Source of the DNA: Promethearchaeota archaeon
GTDB taxonomy: Archaea; Asgardarchaeota; Hermodarchaeia; Hermodarchaeales; Hermodarchaeaceae
Reading direction: 5' to 3'
NCBI GenBank assembly: GCA_048938385.1
Contig: JBHLMG010000033.1
Coordinates: 1-16,803 of the forward strand
DNA: 16,803 nt
Shown: piece by piece, positions 1-8,757 of the stretch
Layout of the letters: each line of letters opens with the position of its first letter
Numbering within the stretch: the stretch's first letter is position 1
Made by a program: the position numbers and the translations under genes
The notes under the pieces: generated by a model
Told to the model about the DNA's origin: nothing
Databases searched by the model: none
Seen by the model: the letters and a program-made list of their open reading frames with translations, nothing else

Positions 1-542
1 TAGGGTTGGATACAGCGTGCCACATGGAGTGCACTGTTAACAGTCCCTGCGTTGACGATAATGACATCCTTTCCTGCAGTAAGCGGGCTGTCACAGTCTG
101 GGCAATAGTAGCTTATGCTCTGCTTAGCAGCATAGGGTAACCATTTTTGCCATTTGCCCTTAACCTTAGGATGCTTTCGTGCAATGCCGGTGGCAAAGAT
201 GAGGGTTTTTGTCAGAAGCATCCTGGCTTGAGTCTTTGGGGTCTGGAGTTCTACTTTGAATTGTGGGAAGCGTCCTTTGATATCTACAACATTAGCGTAA
301 ATCTGGTCAATTGGGAACTCTTTGAGCTCTTTTGCCATTTTTTGGTGAATCGCCCTAGCGCTAAGAAGTGGTTTCATCCCAGGATAATTGTGGATGGGTG
401 TTGTTGCAAAAAACATAGGTGAGGTTTTTCGATCCACGAGGGCAATTTTGCGACCATGGAAGCCTAGATGTAGGGCCGCGGCAATCCCTGCAGGTCCCCC
501 ACCGATAATGATAGTTTCATAGTGGTCGGAATCTTGAAGCAT
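1..542 (-). CDS. trxB: Thioredoxin reductase-like FAD-dependent disulfide oxidoreductase, partial (runs off the left edge)
   Basis: Manual translation from ATG 542: MLQDSDHYETIIIGGGPAGIAAALHLG (FAD GxGxxG) ... HNYPG ... LIFATG ... SYYCPDCD (CxxC at 93-104). No stop before the window edge. Not in the supplied ORF track. Confidence 0.88.
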   Translation of the reverse strand, partial: MLQDSDHYETIIIGGGPAGIAAALHLGFHGRKIALVDRKTSPMFFATTPIHNYPGMKPLLSARAIHQKMAKELKEFPIDQIYANVVDIKGRFPQFKVELQTPKTQARMLLTKTLIFATGIARKHPKVKGKWQKWLPYAAKQSISYYCPDCDSPLTAGKDVIIVNAGTVNSALHVARCIQP

Positions 543-738
543 TAACAACCCTCAGCAAGCGATGAAAAAGCTACTTCCACGACACAGGTAAAAACTATGG
601 CTTTTTTCGAATGTAGGCTAGATGAGCACGACAACGAAAGCTATGATGAGGCTAAGCATAGTGATTCGCACTAACCTTCGTAGGTGGACCTTCGTGTCTG
701 TCTTTTCTTCCAAGAACCCTGAAATGTGATAATGAAAA

Positions 739-1050
739 TCAAAAGGGAGTGATAGGTTCGGGCATAGGCATACCCACGAAGGTGATCATTCGCTTGTAAA
801 GTTCTAAGTACTGGCGTCCCCGAACCGTGACACGGAAGAGGCGGCGCCCTTCTTCCTCCGCAACTTCGATGAGGCCTCGGTCTTCGAGGAATTGAAGAGT
901 GGTTTTAGCGCGGTCAACCGGAAGGTTGGTCGACCGAGCAGCACGGGTTAGGGGACAATAACCGTGGATGACAATGATGCGGATTAACATAGCGTAGATG
1001 TCATAGCGTGTGCGTTTATGGAGGGGACCATCCGTAGACAAACTGACCAC
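739..1050 (-). CDS. Winged helix-turn-helix transcriptional regulator (archaeal COG3432 / HTH_45-like)
   Basis: KRTRYDIYAMLI N-terminal helix, LTRAARSTNL HTH, LQFLEDRGLI, wing FRVTVRGRQYLELY. GTG start, exact start uncertain. Confidence 0.8.
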   Translation of the reverse strand: MVSLSTDGPLHKRTRYDIYAMLIRIIVIHGYCPLTRAARSTNLPVDRAKTTLQFLEDRGLIEVAEEEGRRLFRVTVRGRQYLELYKRMITFVGMPMPEPITPF

Positions 1051-1117
1051 CTTCTGAAGGAGTTAACTCTACTAGAGCAGCAGCCATTGCTTAAAAACTT
1101 AGGATAGATGTTCTGAC

Positions 1118-1663
1118 CTAGCCCCTTAAGATTGGTGAAGACTTGTCAAGGTTCAACCCTAAGATTTTGAGAACATCGGTGAGTTTGACGAGAGTGTTTA
1201 CACAACCGTCACGAACCAAAAGAATTGCACGACCTACAATTCCGAGTTTTTTCAAGAGAAGACCACCAAGAAGGGCTTCTTTCTCACAAGCGATCCCCAA
1301 AATGGCGTGAGGACGACTGAAAGTAATGATTTTCTGAGCCATACTGCCCCCTGGGAGGACATAGGTCCCTTTGTAGCCCAGCTTGTTAGCCGTTTGGATG
1401 ATTTGGTAGACTTGACAGGCAGGAGTACAGCGTTGGCAGATATACCCATGTTCATTCAAAGGTGCTCGACAATCAGGGTTTCGAAGGCATTGAGGGATGA
1501 GGACAACCCGTTCGCCATTAGGGATTGCAGAAAAAGCAGCGTGATTGGTTTGGTTCATTTGCCGTATGAAACCTTGGATGACTTCCTTTTCGGTGCATCC
1601 GTTATCCTTTGCGTGGCGTTTGATTCGTGCGAGGACTTCCAGTTCCAACGACGATTGTGACAT
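1118..1663 (-). CDS. DUF116 family Cys-rich protein (probable metal or Fe-S binding)
   Basis: Family-type motifs LIPQCLR..C, CQRC...C, YVLPGGS, ILGIACEKE, GCVNT. Confidence 0.82.
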   Translation of the reverse strand: MSQSSLELEVLARIKRHAKDNGCTEKEVIQGFIRQMNQTNHAAFSAIPNGERVVLIPQCLRNPDCRAPLNEHGYICQRCTPACQVYQIIQTANKLGYKGTYVLPGGSMAQKIITFSRPHAILGIACEKEALLGGLLLKKLGIVGRAILLVRDGCVNTLVKLTDVLKILGLNLDKSSPILRG

Positions 1664-1761
1664 ACAAAATAACTCCGAGCATCTTCGAGGACAGGGGATA
1701 GAGGAGATTACCCTTGCATCTGCTATTTGTATGTATCAGTAAGTGCAATCTCCTTTCGGAG
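1660..1761 (-). promoter_or_regulatory. Candidate two-state structured leader of the DUF116 gene
   Basis: 13-bp helix covering the AUG, a competing 10-bp helix, and a GAAA-tetraloop hairpin. Confidence 0.35.
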
Positions 1762-1818
1762 TATCCAAGGTTTGAGTTGCCGAGAACCATATAGGGAGAA
1801 ACGCCTACTATCTTACCA

Positions 1819-2730
1819 ATGGACTCAGAAAAGACTGGAACCTTCATCATCATAATCGGATTATTCGTATATGGGGTTCACCCAGTGCTAGTCGAGTTCG
1901 GCACCCTTTTCGTTCCCCCGTTAATCTTCGCCTCAGTCGCAGCCTTGTTAACAGGAGGTATGGCTGTTGCGTTGAGAGTAGCAAAACCCCCTAGGATGCA
2001 GCCATCGTTGTCACGGTCGGATATCCTCCGCTTAGTGATGGCAGGTGTACTCGGCACCTTTCTCGCATATACGGGGCTTTTCCTAGGTCTTCAGCTTACT
2101 AGTAGTAACAACGCAGGGGTGATTCTCCGATCCGAGCTCGCGTTTGCCTTACTCTTTGGGTATCTCTTTCTCGATGAGAGGATCTCCTTTCGTCAAGCTG
2201 TATGGATGTGCTTGATGATCATCGGTGTGTTCTTCGTCATAGCGACTACGCAGCTGAGTGCCTTGAGCGTTGGTGATTTGCTGATCCTGGTTACACCAAT
2301 TGCATGGGCAGGTGCACATACCTTTGCAAAACCCGTGCTGCAACGGGTTTCAGTTTGGACCGCGGTGGGGTATCGTAACCTAGTTGGGGGTGCTCTGTTA
2401 GCGCTCCTTGCTAGTACTTTCATTGCCGTTGGGATACCGATTTATTTCTTCCCACACCTTTGGATGATTGTCGCTGTGATCTTCCTGGAAGCCGTCGTCA
2501 TTCTTCTCGCTCACAGTTTATGGTATGCGGGCATTCGCAGAATCAATCTTGGGAAAGCTACGGCTTTGATTGCCCCCGCCCCCTTGGTGACCTTCTTCCT
2601 TTCCCTTGTCGTTTTTCAGGTGCTTCCAACGCCTTGGCAGCTCATTGGTGCACTACTAGTTATTATAGCAACGATTTTGCTTAGTCGAGAGGTTAGCCTT
2701 CATCGAACCTTGAAAGATCGATCCTTTTGA
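1819..2730 (+). CDS. EamA/DMT superfamily transporter
   Basis: 303 aa with about 10 hydrophobic segments in two repeats. Motifs GYLFLDER, GDLLIL, LWYAGIRRI, QLIGALLVI. Confidence 0.9.
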   Translation: MDSEKTGTFIIIIGLFVYGVHPVLVEFGTLFVPPLIFASVAALLTGGMAVALRVAKPPRMQPSLSRSDILRLVMAGVLGTFLAYTGLFLGLQLTSSNNAGVILRSELAFALLFGYLFLDERISFRQAVWMCLMIIGVFFVIATTQLSALSVGDLLILVTPIAWAGAHTFAKPVLQRVSVWTAVGYRNLVGGALLALLASTFIAVGIPIYFFPHLWMIVAVIFLEAVVILLAHSLWYAGIRRINLGKATALIAPAPLVTFFLSLVVFQVLPTPWQLIGALLVIIATILLSREVSLHRTLKDRSF

Positions 2731-2770
2731 GAAGCGATTCTCAAGAAAAAAAGGCAACTAGCATTAAACC

Positions 2771-2777
2771 TTTAAAC
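2771..2777 (+). promoter_or_regulatory. Candidate archaeal TATA box for the S9 peptidase
   Basis: TTTAAAC starting 40 nt upstream of ATG 2811. Confidence 0.45.
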
Positions 2778-2810
2778 AAGGTCTTGAAATGGAAGCAAGA
2801 GTTGGTTTCG

Positions 2811-4760
2811 ATGGCTAGTCAAGGAAAGGAATTTCCATTAGAATCGCTTCTCAGCGCACGCCGGTTGCTGAGTCCACAGATGGTTAATGATCGGGTATAT
2901 TTTATCAGTGACTTAAGCGGCATGTACAGCCTGTATGTAATGGATCGGCAGGGAAGCTTCCCTGAACCCCTACTTCCACGAGGTTTGGCACTTCAAAACC
3001 CACATCTCATGAGTGGGTACAATTTTCGCGTTATCCCTTCATTAGGAAAAATCTTAGTGATGGTTGATAAGGATGGAGACGAGAACTATCAGCCTTGTTT
3101 CATTCCGATAACGGGAGGCGTTCCTAAACTCGTTTTTGGAGATAAGTACGCAGGACAACAGCTGAGTTGCCTCATTTATGATAATAAAACCACGATGGCT
3201 TATTTTAGCATTGATGATCGAAAAACCCCTGACATTGAAACCATCCAGGTACATCTCTCCTCCATGAAAGTAACATCTCTTGGCAAAAGCATCTATGGTA
3301 ATTTCCCTATAGGTCATTCGCCCAAACATGACATCGTGTTACTCTCCGACCTATATACTGCAAATGATGATGTGCTCTACCTTTGGAAAAAAGGGAATAA
3401 AGGACGATCTCTGCTCTATGGAACGCCATTAGACAAACGCGAAAAAGGTAAAGAGTATCCCCTCCTCGGATTGGGGCTGTGCTCTTTTATACGTAAAAAT
3501 AAGGGAATCATTTTCCGCACCACCCTTCATGATGATAAAGGGGGTATCGGCTTCTTAGATTTATCTGAGCCTAGCACGATTCACCCCGTGAAGATTTCGG
3601 GTATAAAGCATAAGGGCTTTGGAGAACTCAACTGGCTTCGCCCAATTCACAACAATACCTATCTCATCCATTACAACATCGATGGCTGCAGTTGGATATA
3701 CCCAGCCGAATTAGATGAAGCCTCAAAGCACCCTCAATTCACGCTCCATGACCCACTCCTTGGCAAGACTCCTGTCAGAGATGGCGTTCAACTCGGAATT
3801 GAAGCTAGCGTCAATGAAAAACTAAAACCCGTCAAGATCGAGTATGTTATCGCCTTCACCACAGCGACTTCACCTTCCCAGCTCTATCTTATTGATCCAG
3901 CTAATAAATCGAAGCGATACACACAGCTCTCCCACGAACGCATCCTGGGTATAGATCAGAAATATCTTTCACCAGGAGAAGATGCGAGTTTTAAGAGCTT
4001 TGATGGTCTTGATATTTCCGCCCGGCTCTACCTTCCATCTTCAGATCTGGGGTACAAAGAACCATACCCGTTGATCCTCTATGTCCACGGTGGACCTCAA
4101 GGTCAGGAACGCCCGGACTTTACTTGGTTCTCGATGCCCCTAATCCAATACTTTACCCTTAATGGCTTCGCAGTTTTCGTACCGAATGTCCGTGGCAGCA
4201 CAGGGTATGGCCAAGCATTTATGAAAATGGTAGACCGCGATTGGGGTGGTAACGATGCAAAGGATCATATTGAAGGCCTCAAACACCTTGAGAAGGATCA
4301 ACGAATCGATTCTCATCAGCGAGCTGTTGTCGGACGCAGTTATGGCGGGTATATGACGCTCTGGTTATCTGCTAACTATCCCGAATACTGGAAGGCGTCT
4401 TGTGATATGTTTGGTCCTTATAATCTATTCACCTTCTTGGAACGCCTTCCTGAAACCTGGCAAACCTATTTCCACCAGTCCCTTGGTCATCCTGAAAAAG
4501 ACAAGGAATTGCTCACCGAACGCTCACCCGCTACTCATTTCCACAAGGTAAAGGCCCCCATGCTCATCATTCAGGGCGCTAACGATCCCCGAGTCGTAGA
4601 GGCAGAATCAGCCGATGTCGCAGAACAACTCCGTAAACAAGGCGTGGAGGTAGAGTTTCTAGTCTTTAAAGATGAAGGCCATGGATTCGGAAAAACGGTT
4701 AATCTCATCACTGCGTATAAGAGCATTGTCGCGTTCTTCAAAAAACACCTCATGAGCTAG
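2811..4760 (+). CDS. S9 family serine peptidase (prolyl oligopeptidase / acylaminoacyl peptidase-like)
   Basis: YVHGGP, PNVRGSTGYG, nucleophile GRSYGG, Asp in GANDPRV, His in DEGHGF. ATG 2811 is preferred over TTG 2727 because a TATA-like TTTAAA lies at 2771-2776 and the longer start overlaps eamA. Confidence 0.92.
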   Translation: MASQGKEFPLESLLSARRLLSPQMVNDRVYFISDLSGMYSLYVMDRQGSFPEPLLPRGLALQNPHLMSGYNFRVIPSLGKILVMVDKDGDENYQPCFIPITGGVPKLVFGDKYAGQQLSCLIYDNKTTMAYFSIDDRKTPDIETIQVHLSSMKVTSLGKSIYGNFPIGHSPKHDIVLLSDLYTANDDVLYLWKKGNKGRSLLYGTPLDKREKGKEYPLLGLGLCSFIRKNKGIIFRTTLHDDKGGIGFLDLSEPSTIHPVKISGIKHKGFGELNWLRPIHNNTYLIHYNIDGCSWIYPAELDEASKHPQFTLHDPLLGKTPVRDGVQLGIEASVNEKLKPVKIEYVIAFTTATSPSQLYLIDPANKSKRYTQLSHERILGIDQKYLSPGEDASFKSFDGLDISARLYLPSSDLGYKEPYPLILYVHGGPQGQERPDFTWFSMPLIQYFTLNGFAVFVPNVRGSTGYGQAFMKMVDRDWGGNDAKDHIEGLKHLEKDQRIDSHQRAVVGRSYGGYMTLWLSANYPEYWKASCDMFGPYNLFTFLERLPETWQTYFHQSLGHPEKDKELLTERSPATHFHKVKAPMLIIQGANDPRVVEAESADVAEQLRKQGVEVEFLVFKDEGHGFGKTVNLITAYKSIVAFFKKHLMS

Positions 4761-4915
4761 ATTAGATTTGTAGGAGATGTCGATTCTCGCATTTCAGTTC
4801 GACAAATCCCGTATTTTCCATTTATATAACGGCAAGCTTTATAGCTAACACAATCGTCAGCACGGCAAACAGGGATTATTTAGTACTACAAGGATTCCTT
4901 TGAGATGAACTTCCC

Positions 4916-5869
4916 ATGGTCATGCTTGATCCCCTAAACATCCTGATAGCACTGGTCGTAATGGGAGTTCTTGCTGTCATTGCCTATAAAACCCGTATTG
5001 TTACGAAGTCAGGACTCTTCGCAGCATTCCTGTTAGGTCTTACAGTCTGGCTACTTACCTCGTGGACCTGGTTTTTAATTCTCCTTGTTTTTTTCACCGT
5101 AACTGCTCAGTTCACTCATTACAAATACACGGCAAAACGCCGATATGGCGCTGCACAAGAAAAGGGAGGTGCGCGTGATTGGTCCCATGTCCTAGCCAAC
5201 GGAGGATTACCCTTGACCATTATCATTGTTGGCGTTGTGTCCATCGTATTGTTCGGTCAGATGAACGCTTATGGACGAATAGAAGTGGGATTTGGGCCAA
5301 TGATGATTCCTGCACCGCTACTCATGTCCGTGTGTTTTGCAGGTTTTCTTGGAGCCGTTGCCACGGCAACCGCTGACACCCTCGCGACAGAAATCGGTTT
5401 ATTGAATCCTTCACCTCCAAGGCTTATCACCAACCCCTGGAAATCAGTTCCCCCAGGAACCTCAGGTGGCGTCAGTTTAGCAGGCGAACTCGCTACAATT
5501 ATGGGAACCCTATTAATTGGCGGATTTGCTGCGCTGCTTGCCGCTCCTTTTTGGATCACTATTTTTGGCTCGACCCTCATGCCTGAAATCATTGGTTTTG
5601 CTCCTGTAACCATGATTATCGTAGCAGTTGTTGGCGGAGTGATTGGTTGTAGCGTAGATAGCGTTCTAGGCGCGACCATTCAAGGAATGTGGCAATGCCA
5701 TGTGTGTGGAAAGCACACCGAAAAGAAAGCGCATTGTGGAGCCAAAGCAGCATATCTTCGTGGAAAGCAGTTTTTAGATAACCACATGGTCAATATTGTA
5801 TCTTGCCTAATAGGGGCTATTATTGCGGCAGGACTCTTCCTACTCCTCCTTGGTATTGGATTTGCCTAG
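4916..5869 (+). CDS. DUF92 / TMEM19 (COG1836) integral membrane protein with a CxxC...HC Zn-ribbon-like insert
   Basis: GARDWSHVLANGG, ATADTLATEIG, VPPGTSGGVSLAG, DSVLGATIQ, DNHMVN. Confidence 0.9.
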   Translation: MVMLDPLNILIALVVMGVLAVIAYKTRIVTKSGLFAAFLLGLTVWLLTSWTWFLILLVFFTVTAQFTHYKYTAKRRYGAAQEKGGARDWSHVLANGGLPLTIIIVGVVSIVLFGQMNAYGRIEVGFGPMMIPAPLLMSVCFAGFLGAVATATADTLATEIGLLNPSPPRLITNPWKSVPPGTSGGVSLAGELATIMGTLLIGGFAALLAAPFWITIFGSTLMPEIIGFAPVTMIIVAVVGGVIGCSVDSVLGATIQGMWQCHVCGKHTEKKAHCGAKAAYLRGKQFLDNHMVNIVSCLIGAIIAAGLFLLLLGIGFA

Positions 5870-5874
5870 AGGCT

Positions 5875-6540
5875 TTAAGGAAGACTTATCGTGTTCATAT
5901 CCTTGACTTTTAATTTGCCAATGCGGTGAGCAGTTGTGAGCACTTGCTCTAGTTCGGATCGTTCAACATCAAGGGTAAAATTCTCTTTGAGTCCATTGAT
6001 AATTTCGTTTATACTCAAAGTCCGTATCTTGTCTCCATCGAACAGCTTGATGGTGAGGTTACGAAGATCTTCAAAACGATTCCAAAACCAGATAAACCAC
6101 ACCCAGTCACTTTGTTTGACCGCATAGTAATCGGGTTCAAGTTCGGAGACAGAAAGGTATAGCATTACAGCGGTCTTTACCTCTTTGGCACCTAATTTCT
6201 TTACATAATCTAAAGTTTGAATGGCAGACCGACCGGTGTCAACGATGTCATCGATAATGAGAACCGTTTTGCCCTTGACCGGTAAAGGTGACTGGACAGG
6301 GATGATGGCATCTTCCATATGTTCTGCGGTCGTATCTAACCAATGTTCAACTTTCAAGGCGTATAGATCTGAATTGCCCAAGAAATCTGACATCAGGCGT
6401 CCAGGGACGAAACCACTTCGAGCAATGGCTAAAAGTAGATCGGGTTCATAACCCGAGTTAGCCACCTTGAAAGCGAGTTCTTTCGTCATCTTAAATATTT
6501 CATCGAAGCTGACAAATTGACATTTGATTGGATCAACCAT
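5875..6540 (-). CDS. Type I phosphoribosyltransferase (archaeal purine PRTase-like, COG2236) with a C-terminal extension
   Basis: AIARSGFVP loop and PRPP-binding VLIIDDIVDTGRS; PDYY and W-rich motif. Confidence 0.88.
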   Translation of the reverse strand: MVDPIKCQFVSFDEIFKMTKELAFKVANSGYEPDLLLAIARSGFVPGRLMSDFLGNSDLYALKVEHWLDTTAEHMEDAIIPVQSPLPVKGKTVLIIDDIVDTGRSAIQTLDYVKKLGAKEVKTAVMLYLSVSELEPDYYAVKQSDWVWFIWFWNRFEDLRNLTIKLFDGDKIRTLSINEIINGLKENFTLDVERSELEQVLTTAHRIGKLKVKDMNTISLP

Positions 6541-6700
6541 GACTCACAGCTCCTGAGGAGCAAATACCAGCCCCAAGAGGTGGAGCTTGCATAAAAGTCT
6601 CTAGCATCATAGGTGAAGGAGAATACCACGAAGTCCACCAAAGCATTGCCACTTTACGCTGTGGTTCCTGAGAATCAATTGCCAAAAAATTCCAGTTGAG

Positions 6701-7699
6701 CTAGCTACTAAGATATCGTTTCAGGACTCGCAACGCTCGTAGAGTAATCCATTTTGAGGGTTTTCCTTTCTTTTCGATATCGTGGTAGAATTTGCCATTG
6801 AAAGTGTGTTTCAGTAACCACTTGCCATCAGGTTGCTGAGTTTCGAGGACGACATTAATGGCGTCCTGCATTCGGGGATCCCGGACATTCAACCTAGTTA
6901 AGGTGTCCAACACTTCAAGGATGTCGGAATTGTAAAAGAGTGGATATCCAAAGCGCTTCCATCCAGCTTTTTCTTTCCGGCTCCCATCGGGATTGCGGAG
7001 GTACTTATAGATCTGATTATCTAGCACGACTTCGATAACCTGGTTGATGATAGTATTAATTTCTGGTGAACGATCGCTTTCAGGAAATACGGAGAATGCT
7101 TTGAGTACCTTGCATAAGCCCATATAGCATTCATTGGGAAACACGGTGTCACGGTTGATTGGGTATGCCCGGCATTTCCAACCGCCGCGGTTCTTATCGT
7201 AATGGTCCACGAGGAACTGGATGGTCTTTTGTGTGCGTGGATCACCTAAGTAACCAAAATGAACCAGGTAATAAATGATGTTAGCATCTAAGCAACAAGT
7301 GTCACTAATAGTGCTGGCGTATCCTTTTGCGGTTTTGGGACGAACAGTAGTAAAATGTCCAGAATCAAGTTGGAAAGAAAAAAGATGTTCTATTCCGCGT
7401 TCAATGGTTGATAGTCGTGGAAGACCCAACTCCGCAAGAATGAGAAAAGAGTGAGTAGTAGCTCTATATTTGTTCGCGTAGATGTGATCAGGTTTACCCC
7501 AGTACCCTTCAGGAGTCTGAGCACTAAGGAAAGCTTTCACAACAGGGGAATCAAGTATCGCTTGTTGCGTGGTTTGAACCTCGGAATTTGTTGAAGGTAG
7601 GTCCTTCAGGTGTTGTAACGCCCAATACCTAACACTTGGATTAGCGGATTCGAGAAGCCAGTTGAGGACTTCTGGACGAGCCAGCTCTTCGTAATACAT
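6701..7699 (-). CDS. Prenyltransferase/squalene-cyclase repeat (alpha/alpha barrel) protein of unknown function
   Basis: QW-like repeats QTPEGYW, QLDSGHF, RGGWKC, QQPDGKW. Family-type WLLE..NPSVRY, FGYPLFYNSDILE, GKPSKWITLRALRVL. Confidence 0.75.
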   Translation of the reverse strand: MYYEELARPEVLNWLLESANPSVRYWALQHLKDLPSTNSEVQTTQQAILDSPVVKAFLSAQTPEGYWGKPDHIYANKYRATTHSFLILAELGLPRLSTIERGIEHLFSFQLDSGHFTTVRPKTAKGYASTISDTCCLDANIIYYLVHFGYLGDPRTQKTIQFLVDHYDKNRGGWKCRAYPINRDTVFPNECYMGLCKVLKAFSVFPESDRSPEINTIINQVIEVVLDNQIYKYLRNPDGSRKEKAGWKRFGYPLFYNSDILEVLDTLTRLNVRDPRMQDAINVVLETQQPDGKWLLKHTFNGKFYHDIEKKGKPSKWITLRALRVLKRYLSS

Positions 7700-7719
7700 G
7701 GTATATGATAGGGAACAGG

Positions 7720-7729
7720 TTTAATAAAA
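7720..7729 (-). promoter_or_regulatory. Candidate TATA box, leaderless transcript of the 6701-7699 gene
   Basis: TTTTATTAAA on the minus strand starting about 30 nt before ATG 7699; no SD seen. Confidence 0.55.
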
Positions 7730-7776
7730 GGATGAGCTGGGAAATTCGTTGTTTCCCCAATAAACTCTGAATTGGA

Positions 7777-8580
7777 CTAGACGGCGCCTTGGAGTGCGCT
7801 TCCACAGGAGCACTTGTCTTGTTTCTCAGACATGGTTGGAATGACTGCGATGAGAAGTTTCTTTACTTTATCCAAATTCTCACTCATCGTCTTTTGAACT
7901 TCTTCGTGGCTCACAGGTTTCTCAGCGTATACGTCATAATCTGTTATCATAGAGATATTAGCGAAGCAGAGCTCTGTCTCTCGAGCAAGATAGACTTCAG
8001 GGTGAAGAGTCATGCCAATGATGTGGAAGCCCTGAGCACGATAAAAGCGAGATTCAGCCTTAGTGGAAAATTGGGGACCTTCAATGGTAATGACCGTGCC
8101 TTTATGATGGTATGGGAGTTTCAAGCCTTTGGCTTTCTCAGCAATAAAACCTGTGAGTTCTGGGCAGAAGGGTTCAGCCACTGAGACATGAGCAACAGTA
8201 CCAGTTTCAAAGAATGTGCGTACACGACTGCGTGTCCAATCGAAGCATTGATCAGGGAAAAATAGATCCCCCGGTCTGATTTCATCCTGTAAACTTCCAA
8301 CAGCAGATACTGTAAGGAGACGCCGAACACCTAGGGATTTTAGAGCCCAGATGTTTGCACGGTAATTGACAAGATGAGGTGGATAGATATGGTCGCGTCC
8401 GTGACGCGGAATGAAGGCAATACGTCGGTTTTGTAATGTTCCAATCATGATTTTGTCAGAAGGTGCTCCAAAGGGTGTGTAGATTTTGTATTCTTTGATA
8501 TCGGTGAAGACTGCGGGGTCATAAACTCCTGTTCCGCCAATCATACCGATTGTGACTTTTTCAGGTGGTTTGACTAGCAT
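7777..8580 (-). CDS. mtnP: S-methyl-5'-thioadenosine phosphorylase
   Basis: IGGTG, PRHG..H..PPH.VNYRANIWAL, SAVGSL, IEGPQFSTKAES, IGMT..PE, TDYD, C-terminal CSC. Start is ATG 8580 or GTG 8589. Confidence 0.95.
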   Translation of the reverse strand: MLVKPPEKVTIGMIGGTGVYDPAVFTDIKEYKIYTPFGAPSDKIMIGTLQNRRIAFIPRHGRDHIYPPHLVNYRANIWALKSLGVRRLLTVSAVGSLQDEIRPGDLFFPDQCFDWTRSRVRTFFETGTVAHVSVAEPFCPELTGFIAEKAKGLKLPYHHKGTVITIEGPQFSTKAESRFYRAQGFHIIGMTLHPEVYLARETELCFANISMITDYDVYAEKPVSHEEVQKTMSENLDKVKKLLIAVIPTMSEKQDKCSCGSALQGAV

Positions 8581-8757
8581 TTCTCTCACATCTTTGGAAG
8601 ATGAATTTGTAGACAGAAAGAGAGGAAGGTAGTTCAGTACTTAAGTCTTAATGGTTGAAACCTGTGAAGCGCTTGCTGCCGCGAACCTTTTTATTAAATA
8701 CAAGATAATTTGCAAGAGAGGTAAAGAGGCGTTTCAATACTAGGGTGGTGTCTCTAG

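Noticed and set aside
147-422. 91-aa plus-strand ORF
   Set aside because: Antisense to the motif-rich TrxR-like gene, TTG start, no recognisable features.
643-722. Box C/D sRNA (ATGATGA ... CTGA), hammerhead or fluoride riboswitch
   Set aside because: The C-to-D span is about 80 nt with no well-placed D'/C' boxes; hammerhead and crcB core elements are incomplete or out of order.
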